This document shows, in pieces, positions 54,831-64,000 of a stretch of DNA of 64,000 nucleotides. A program made the position numbers and the translations under genes. Position 1 is the stretch's first letter; each line of letters opens with the position of its first letter. The stretch covers positions 35,898,001 through 35,962,000 of the forward strand of contig CM022670.1 in NCBI GenBank assembly GCA_012295275.1, written 5' to 3'. The notes under the pieces were generated by a model, which saw nothing but the letters and a program-made list of their open reading frames with translations, was not told the origin of the DNA and did not search any database. This DNA is from Chrysomallon squamiferum. Taxonomy: Eukaryota; Animalia; Mollusca.

Positions 54831-56039
54831 AGAAACAATAATGAAATACAGAGGTGTATGTAAGCACACTCAAGTGAAGCGTAACAAATGATTATTTCCG
54901 ATAAGCATTTCCGTGTTATTTATCTTTGCAGTGAACCTGTGCAAAACAACTAGCTCCAGGCTGACAGACACGGGTATTTAATCCCTTTCTATATAACTAT
55001 CCTGGTACCTGTGCTAAGGTGAAGTCGGGGGTTGTGTCCATGTCAGGCGTGCTTGGACATTTTTTTTTACTTAGTTGCCTACCAAAAATTAATCAGGCCC
55101 ATACACTTTAGCCAAAATAAATGTAAAAATCAGAACTATCATAATAGTCGTCATTATTATAGCAATGGTAGTAGTAATAATAGAAGTTGTCTAATAGTAA
55201 TAGTAAAAGTATCAGTAGTAGTAATATTAGCAGGGGTAGCAGTAACAGTATTAGTAGTATGAGTAATAGCAGTAGTCGTAGTAGTAATAATAAATAGATA
55301 AATGTACACATTTTTAAAAATCACTTTGTACTTTAAAAGTTAAACAAAAGTTGACGTGAGACAAATAAATAAGCAACAAATTATATGTAATGTAAGAAAC
55401 TATTATAATAGTACATTTCATCTACGTTTCTACTTGGTAATGCTAAATATTACACAATAATAATAATCTACAAGTAACGGGTAACGACAAGCCAGGTTAA
55501 TTCAGAAATTGTTCGTTATCGTTATCGTCATCTTTTAGGCCAGATAGAAACTCAGATAGCAGTTTGAGAAACTGAGTCAACTGCAGTTCATTAAGAAAAA
55601 TCTGGTACGATAATCACATTCAACCGACGTTGGCGTTCTAGATTATCATAAGATAACAAGTTAAATGGCCTGATGCATAAAATTAGCTGATAATATGTTC
55701 TGTTTGAAACCTATCAGTGGTTGATTTCGTGCATGTTACCTGCATAACGACGAAAGAAACAATAATTATAATTTTTCGCCAACTTGGAGCAAGGAAAAAC
55801 AAAATATTATTATAAAATCTTAGAAGGAATATTTTTATCAGAGTTATTTCCCTTATTTCCTGTAACGTTTTGAAATAATTGCATGTATTTAATAATAATA
55901 ATAATAATAATAATTTAAAGAAACTGAAACAAATAAACAAACAAACCTAGCGAACAAAAATTTACTTTAGATTTTATAACGGTGCCTGGAAGGACCATAC
56001 AAAATTTTTTTTTTTTTTCATTATCATGAATTTAAATAA

Positions 56040-56086
<47 letters not shown>

Positions 56087-56419
56087 ATAGTCGGTGGTAG
56101 TAGTAGTAATAGTCGATGGTAGTATTTCTTTAAAAAAACCCACCAAAACAATAGCATAAAACTTAAATGTATTTCAATATTTGCAGTTTCAACTATTAAG
56201 AACTGTATTGTTTACATAATTTAATAAGGGCTGGATGCAGCAATAATAATAATAATATTATGGCCAGGAATTAATATCTTCTTAACCTCCGTTGAAAATG
56301 AAATGCAAGCAAACTTAATGCTTCATGATACGATATATCATTCTGTTTCAAATAAAACAATAATTTAAAGATTATAATTAAAATAAAAAGTAAATAAATA
56401 AATAAGATATCGTGAAAAC

Positions 56420-56463
<44 letters not shown>

Positions 56464-56573
56464 TAACTTAAAATAATAAAATTTAAAAAATGGAAAGAAT
56501 GAAAACAGACATTTAGAAAACAAGAAAACATTTTTTTTTTTTTTTTACACCTGGGCAGGGTAACTGATTACTT

Positions 56574-56610
<37 letters not shown>

Positions 56611-57389
56611 TTTGCAGTTCAGTTATAAAAATGAACGGACTGCAAATGCAAAAATGATAGCTCTGAAGAATCATGCAAAACGTACTGCATGAACGATCAT
56701 GTGATTGTTGTTTTTTTTAAACAAGAAAAATATATTATCAATGCTTCTTCCAGCAAGCTTATCGTGTGAGATTGAAACCATTTTGCAAGATACGTTTATT
56801 TTATTTATTTATTTATTTATTTATATTGTTTACAAATATAATTATTAAATTTTATGCTTTTTAAATTAGAGCTAATAAATCTGCTTAGAAATGTACATAA
56901 ATCTAATTAGGTCACGTATATCGTTTAATATTTAGCTATTAAATCGCTCTTAATGATTAAAATTAAAATCTACAATTTATTTTTTGTTTTTAGAAACTGA
57001 AACGAATAAGAATATTACATGCATAACAAATGAATTAAATAATTTAAATTGCTCTAAACGGAATAATTTCTCTCCACCAAACAAATCTACCATCGAACTG
57101 TTTTGCCGTTTAAATGCCTAGTTGCTTTAACATATTTAAAATAGTTAGCTAAATATAAGTATTGCTATATCATGGCTAGATCGTCAACCCTCGGTTAGTC
57201 GAATAACAGAACAGAAACCCTCAAACAAATCAGTAGTACTAAGGTTGAAAGTGTCTGAAGCTTTAAAGTACTAAGTAACAGCAAAAGTTTAACAATAACA
57301 TTTTCATGCACAAAATTTAGGAGACCTTCTTTTCGATCTGACAGTATCACTGCCGTAACTAATCGTGAGATTTCAGAAATAGTCCTATA

Positions 57390-57428
<39 letters not shown>

Positions 57429-58623
57429 CATATTTCAGTTTTAAAACGGTGTACACGGCTGACGTAGTAATGCCTGGAGACCAGGTTTTTTAAATTTTTA
57501 ATGGGTTACAAACGATCGACAAAAGGTTAATGGCGAAAACATGTCGAACTTGGATAAATAATGAAGTTCGTAAATTTGTTTCCGAAACATCTTTAAGATG
57601 AAATACGAAATAAAATCGATCCTTCTTACATGGCAATTTTTGTTCAGAGTATGAGCTATAGTAGCACAGAACTGTCTATTTCGGCTTGAGATGTGTAAAA
57701 CCGAGTACGAATCCGCTCCACCAGCTAGGATTGCAGCGTTCTTTGAAATCATAATAACGTGCCTTGGTAAAGAGTCAGTTACACCTCTTTATCTCAGTCA
57801 TCTTATCCTCAGACAGGACATTTAAAACATTTATTAATTTAAACATTGTCGGGTTTACAAATTCAACTGACAATAATAGTGCTGTAGAAAGGGAGTTAGG
57901 TAATCTGAAACGTTTCCAGTGTTGTATGTATTCCCTTTAGTATCATTAAAAAACCATAGATTTTTCGAGTTATTCGTAATTATTATTATTATTTTTTTTT
58001 CTGAAACTTATAAGAAATTGTAGATTTAAATAAATAAATAAATAAATAAATAAACAAAAACAAAAATAAACAAAAATTATTGTTAAAGCACCGTTAGTTC
58101 TATATAAATATTTGTTGTCTTGCAGCTGTAATTTTATTACACATTCTAACATTTCTTGTATTAACTTTTAAAACCCAGTCTTCATAATTATTAATTTAAT
58201 CAACTGGAGTTGAGTTTTTTGTTGTTGTTGTTGTTGTTGTTGTTGTTTTTTTTTTTTCTTTTTTTCTTTTTCTTACCAAATTAAAATTTGAGCCACATTT
58301 AGTAACATAAAAATATTTATACAAGATAATACTTACATTCTTCCTTATTGTTGAATTTTGAATTTATTTTTTTAATTCGTCAACATTTGGTTTCCCATCA
58401 CCTGAAAATAAACGGAAGTATTCGATCTCTGCAAAAGAGTTTTAATTTTCGCCATCTATCACGCACCTGGCTAATTTGGATATTTAGTTTTATATTTTTG
58501 GAATTTTTATTAAATTTTCTGGTCGGTCTATGTAAACTAAATAATTAAGCACGATAGAATGGCGTCTATTTTCTCAATTTGTTTTGTAAAATAATTTTAC
58601 CAATTACGTTTTTGAATCTTTAT

Positions 58624-59267
58624 GTAGCATGGACCAACAGGGACGATAACTCGTAACGGAACAAATTGCATCTGCGGAAAAAATGGCTCCAGATTTCACA
58701 TATTTAATGGCTTCAAACTACATCTGAATATTCTTTTCTGTTGGGGAAAATTACCAGCTAGAAAAATTAGTATGTTATTCTTATAACAAATTATAATTTC
58801 AGTTACTAATCACGCATTTGCACCAAAATCATCCAGTTTGAAAAGTTTGATTAAGTTGAAAAAAATAGTTAGGAAAGGTGCAGTACTAAATATGAACAAT
58901 CACCCTTATTTTTATTAGTGTAAATCACTAAAAAAAAATAAATAAAAAAATCAAGAAATGGACGTAAAATTGGCGAATCTGGAAGTTTAAAACCCCGATG
59001 TGATGGTTTCCGAGCGTATACGGAAATTTCCGATGGAAATTCAAGATGGCGGCGTCCGACGCCGGTTGTGTATACAAACTTTTAAACATATTCCTTTATG
59101 ACGCGATCAATTCTACAAGGATAATTAACGTGATTTTAAAAACTATGTCTTATTATCAATGCTTCGTCTATTCAGACGTCCAATACTGAGTAGAAATTAC
59201 TGCAAAAGTTCGAAACATTTGTATTTGGTAACTTTGACGTCGTTATATCATCTTGTATCTGTTTATA

Positions 59268-59298
<31 letters not shown>

Positions 59299-59344
59299 TC
59301 CGAATATTGTTACGTTGTCAGCAAAAAAAAAAAAAAAAAATACC

Positions 59345-59376
<32 letters not shown>

Positions 59377-59777
59377 TTTCGCAGACATTGGCACGTAAAT
59401 ATGAAGATGACTATTCTCATCAATGTTGACACGTTACTCTGACAAAACTCCATAGCGGACAGTTCTGAGTTCGTTGTTGTAAAATAATACTTGAAACCAT
59501 TATAATTCTTTTTTTTTAATAATATTTATTTCCATTTTCAATGCATGAGAGGTCATATTTATATATAAAAAGCAAATTAATCACGTGTTATTTGAATGAT
59601 TGCCCTGATAAATTCATCATAGTACTTGATAACATATTTTGCACAGAAAATTGAAACTTTTTTTTTTTTTTAAACGTCCGTCAATTTTTCACTCTTTTTC
59701 GTTAAAACACAAAGCATTCATCTTCTAAAACCTGTATTATTATGTAAGCAAACAATAAGTTTCCTATCTGAATATAA

Positions 59778-59809
<32 letters not shown>

Positions 59810-59823
59810 TTGGTCCATGCTAC
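58624..59823. mobile_element. Candidate non-autonomous DNA transposon (14-bp TIR, 5-bp flanking direct repeat)
   Basis: GTAGCATGGACCAA at 58624-58637 and its perfect reverse complement at 59810-59823. TTTAT lies immediately outside both ends. No transposase ORF. Confidence 0.4.
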
Positions 59824-60273
59824 TTTATAAAGGTGTTTTAAAGATATACGAATTTAGGATCCAAATGGATACCTGACGAAATAAAATACCAGTTTTTAAA
59901 ACCTTGCTATTTTTTACCTTTACTTCTGCTGGAGCTACACTCAGATTCAAGTCTCTTTCCCTTTTGCAGACTTTGCAAGCCCAGATCCGGCCTTGCAACC
60001 AAGACTGTGCTAAGGACTAATGCGAATTCTGCGCACGGACCGGAAAAAAACAGCCATCTACATTTTCGGGTATTAACGTCAAAGCAAGCAGAAGTACTTA
60101 GTAGCCTTCATTCTGTAATACTGAGGAAACATTTCACAGCAAACACATCCTTTAGATTTAATATTTATTTATTTGACCTGAAAAATTGATGAAAATACGG
60201 ACTGGTCAGACTGCTGAAGTACGACGGACATACTCCGTTAATATAAATGCCAGCAATAAATGTTTTATTTATT

Positions 60274-60328
<55 letters not shown>

Positions 60329-61023
60329 TTTTTTTTTTAGTTGTACCAATTTTTTTTTATTCTTTCTTTTCTTCTTCTTTTTTTTTTTTTTTTTTTTTTT
60401 TTTTTATTTTATTTTTTATTTATTTATTTTTACGTTTTGTTTTTTATTCTTTCTTCTTTTATTTGTTTTATTTTATTTTATTTTATTTTATTTTATTTTA
60501 TTTATTTACTTTGCGCTTAATCTTTTTGCTTGTTTTGTTTTGTTTTTGTTTTTGTTTTTTGGGGGGTATTTTTGAAAATCGTATCTTGACATGTTTTTGT
60601 TCGTTAGTTAAGTTTCTCACAGTCTGTCAGAGCTAATAAATTACTTCAACACGTTAAAACCTATTAATCTGACATTGGTATAAAACACCGAATTCGTTAG
60701 TCAAACTGTACTCCAATAAACAGGACAAATACAGCGTAAATCTCTTTGCACAATTCATTATTCCACCGATTTATTTATTATTTATTTGTTACCAGACGTA
60801 AAAAAAACTGAACTGACAGCCGATTTAACATTTCGGTTTTATTCGTACGTAAACACTTTATCAGTAACCATGTACAAGTGTCTGCTGGATCTTGGCATGC
60901 CATTTCCCCGTGGTTAGTTTACAAATGTTTTCCTATCTCTGGTAAGGTGCTACCATATCAGAGATTTCTTTCAGCATATTTAGAAAATGGTGGCAGCGGA
61001 TTTCCTGTCTTGTGGAATAAAAG

Positions 61024-61054
<31 letters not shown>

Positions 61055-61588
61055 AGAACAACAACAACAATACCAACAGAACAACAGCTACAAAAACAAC
61101 AATATGAAAAAAAAAAAAACAAAAACATCAATAATAATAACCAACTACAGCAACAACAACAGCAACAAATCTTACGCCATTAATTAGAAAAAAGGTCATA
61201 AAAAATTAAGTACAATCCACTCGTTGGAAGAACTTGACAGACGACAAATGCAAGCTGAATTTTACGATGACAAAGACAACGTTTCATTCTTTAACATTTC
61301 CCTGTAAATGCACGTGTGATATTTGTCATGATCATCGCGAAAATTGTAAAGTTTCATTAGACGACGAACGAAATTAATGTGGTGTTTGTCTCTTTGAAGG
61401 ACTATTGACATTTACAATACGCTGTGTTTATTTATTATCTAGTTCTCCCCAGTTACGAATTAGAAGAACTGTAACTCCTGATGTACACCTTCACTCGGTT
61501 TAAGGAGACACATTTTATAATTATAGGAATTAAATGAATGTGGTTTGAACCACAGTAAGTAAATATATTAATAAACAAACTGACTAAA

Positions 61589-61740
61589 GAAGTAACTTAA
61601 AATACGTACATACACACATACATACGTAGTTATATATATACCTACATACATACATACACACAAACAAGTAACTTAAAATACGTACATACACTCATATATA
61701 CGTACTTACATATATACATTCATACATACACACACATAAC
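61589..61740. repeat. ~77-bp tandem duplication within a TACA-rich tract
   Basis: AAGTAACTTAAAATACGTACATACAC at ~61590 and ~61666. Confidence 0.85.
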
Positions 61741-61745
61741 TACAT

Positions 61746-61780
<35 letters not shown>

Positions 61781-62189
61781 CACACACGCCAACATACACA
61801 CATACATAGACAGTGACTTCCAAAACTTAATGATCTCTGGCCGAAAATACATCTAATAATAATAAAGCACATTTAGTGAAACGGGCGCATACTTTCGTAA
61901 AATATTAAAATATAGCTGCATTATGTTTATTGCATATGTTTAGTTCAATAGGTTACGTAATGTTAACAATAAAATATGCTGGTATACAGTCCGTCATTTA
62001 GAAGTGACACTTTTATAACTGAAAATCAAAAAAACCACCGACGACGTTTTAAAGTGTAGCTTTCGTAATACTAAGTAATAAACAATCATATTTTGCAAAC
62101 TTCCAAGTTCGTTTTTTTTTTTTTTTATTTTATTGTGGGTCCCGTACGAATATAATCGATAACGAAACGAAACGTAATAAAACAAAAAG

Positions 62190-62310
62190 AGTCATGACGT
62201 CACTGCGAACAGGACAGGCCGATTTACACCAATTTTCACAAGACAACAAAAACCTACCAATCCACCACGTACGCGATGACGTCATAACCCAAGGGGTAAA
62301 ATGGCGGTAT
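62190..62310 (+). promoter_or_regulatory. Promoter with two full CRE sites, CCAAT boxes and a YY1-like motif
   Basis: TGACGTCA at 62195-62202 and 62277-62284; CCAAT at ~62229 and ~62257; CCACGT at ~62265; AAAATGGCGG overlapping the ATG at 62301. Confidence 0.65.
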
Positions 62311-62364
62311 TCATATTTTTTTTGTGGAAGTCTTATTTTGCTATCATACTTTGTTAGAGCGATG
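62301..62364 (+). CDS. Probable first coding exon (signal peptide) of a gene that continues downstream
   Basis: The ATG sits in a YY1/Kozak-like context and the exon ends in a perfect G|GTAAGT donor at 62364/62365. Removing one T from the T8 run (62316-62323) gives MAVFIFFCGSLILLSYFVRAM, a hydrophobic signal peptide with a V-x-A cleavage site. As written, the frame stops after 18 aa. Confidence 0.5.
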
Positions 62365-62444
62365 GTAAGTGGCCCAAAGCTATAAAACAGTGCCGCGAAA
62401 GTATATAGTATATTATTCCTACTATAAAACAACCATATAAGCCA

Positions 62445-62475
<31 letters not shown>

Positions 62476-63100
62476 TATAGTAATAATAATAATAATAATT
62501 CAAGTGTTTTTTACTCCATCACTGTGTGTGTGTTGTTTGAGATGTTTGTTTGTTGGGTGTGTAATGTATTGTGTGATGTGTTTGTGTAGCTAATGTTGTT
62601 TGAGATGTTTAATTTTGTTGGGACTGCAAATAGAAAACAATTAATCAGTGAATTTTATTTTTGAATATAAACAAACTTAGTTTTTAGCAATTTTAAATAA
62701 GATGGCTGTGTTCCGTATATATGTACTTATGCATGCATCTGTGTGCCTATATATGTATGCGAATGTACATAAGTGTGTGTGTGTGTGTGTGTGTGTGTGG
62801 TATGAAAAAGGGATATTTAATACTTAATATTTCATTTTTATTGTTCATTTAAATATTGTAAAATGGATTGGATGTCTTTTTTTTTTTCTTCTCTTGTTTT
62901 TATTTTTTGTGTGAGTATATGTATGCGTTTGGGGAGGAAATGCCAACATAAATCAGACTTTAAAAACACCTTTCTTTAGTTAGCACCATTATCGTATTTT
63001 AAATAGTTTTATCTTGTCGTAATATATCTTCTTATGCAGCTGATATTTTTCAGTTTATAGGCGGTAGGCTTAATCTGTGTGAATGTATGGGTGGGTATAC

Positions 63101-63138
<38 letters not shown>

Positions 63139-63310
63139 GTCTATATGTCAATCAGTGATGGATATAAATAAACTGAAAGAGGAAAAGTAAAAAGAAAATT
63201 TAAATAACACTTTTACTTTCGATGTTATTAGTTTTTTTTTGTGTTTGTTTATTTACTGAAGGTTTCAAGTACTGTCTTTTCAAAACGTAATACTGAAAAC
63301 AAATACTTTT

Positions 63311-63342
<32 letters not shown>

Positions 63343-64000
63343 TGTATGGATATTTTTATGTATATTTCTGAATATAACAAAATTGTTATTACAGATATAT
63401 GACGTTCCTAATCTTATGTAATGTACAATTAAGACTAATAATAATAACAATAACAACAACAAAAGCAATGAAAATAATTTAAAATACAGCTAACTACTGC
63501 TCCTGCTATTACAACAACAACAACAACACCAAAGATAATAATAATATTAATAATAATTATAATAATCATGACGACAACAACCACAACAACAACAATAACA
63601 AAAATAATAACACGCAAATAAGTTTATTTTCTTATTATTTTTATTTTTTTCATTTATTTATTTTTTTATTTTTTTTAAAAGAAAGTTACGGCAAATGTAA
63701 TCTAATCTACACAAAATCTCCAACATTTTTATTTTTTTTTTTTTTATTTTATTTTTTTTATAGTTATCGGTCCTCATAAATCTGGCAAATATCTTTTGTT
63801 AATTTTGTTTAAAATCTACTGTGTAAGGCAACTATGCGAGTGTTTGACTAGTCCACACGTCTATCGCAGTTTAATGCAGTTTATCTGACAAGACCAGGAT
63901 TTGGGGCCGTTGTATATAATCAGACTCGGCTCGTTATTAGACTCCAGTCGTTACGGAGGCCGTTGACATGGGTCTGAAACTAGAGTCGTGAAAAATGAAA

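Noticed and set aside
59970-60189. Possible exon or THAP-like remnant (..LHFRV..VILRKHF)
   Set aside because: Lacks the C2CH cysteines and the conserved Trp, and no consistent splice partners were found.
60186-61187. Poly-I/Y/F/K/Q ORFs, and similar ones across the window
   Set aside because: Translations of microsatellites and homopolymer tracts.
63764-63820. P-loop-like IGPHKSGK after an acceptor
   Set aside because: The next residue is Y rather than S/T, the phase does not join the 62364 donor without a stop, and there is no supporting domain.

Overview
Very AT-rich, microsatellite-dense eukaryotic (metazoan) genomic DNA with spliceosomal introns. The repeat fragments suggest a mollusc, possibly a gastropod, but that is inference. 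In order, the window holds: two tandem paralogous coiled-coil genes with matching exon architecture (-); an intronless GPKOW/Spp2-type gene broken by two +1 frame disruptions (-); an 18-exon RANBP3 in head-to-head orientation (+); an intact 15-exon FGGY carbohydrate kinase with one GC-AG intron (-); an ankyrin-repeat/SOCS-box (ASB-like) gene with an MGxxxS N-terminus (-); a candidate 1.2-kb TIR element; and a CRE/CCAAT/YY1 promoter with the probable signal-peptide first exon of a further gene (+). Notable non-coding structure includes a 30-bp minisatellite carrying about 26 E-boxes and one perfect DR5 nuclear-receptor element in the long ASB intron, AG|GTAAG recursive-type splice sites and an 8-nt microexon candidate in the same gene, and tandem decoy 3' splice sites in RANBP3. 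Caveat: five single-base frame breaks in four genes all lie at or near short homopolymer runs, so assembly indel error is the leading explanation and must be excluded before invoking recoding. All exon coordinates and counts were derived by hand.
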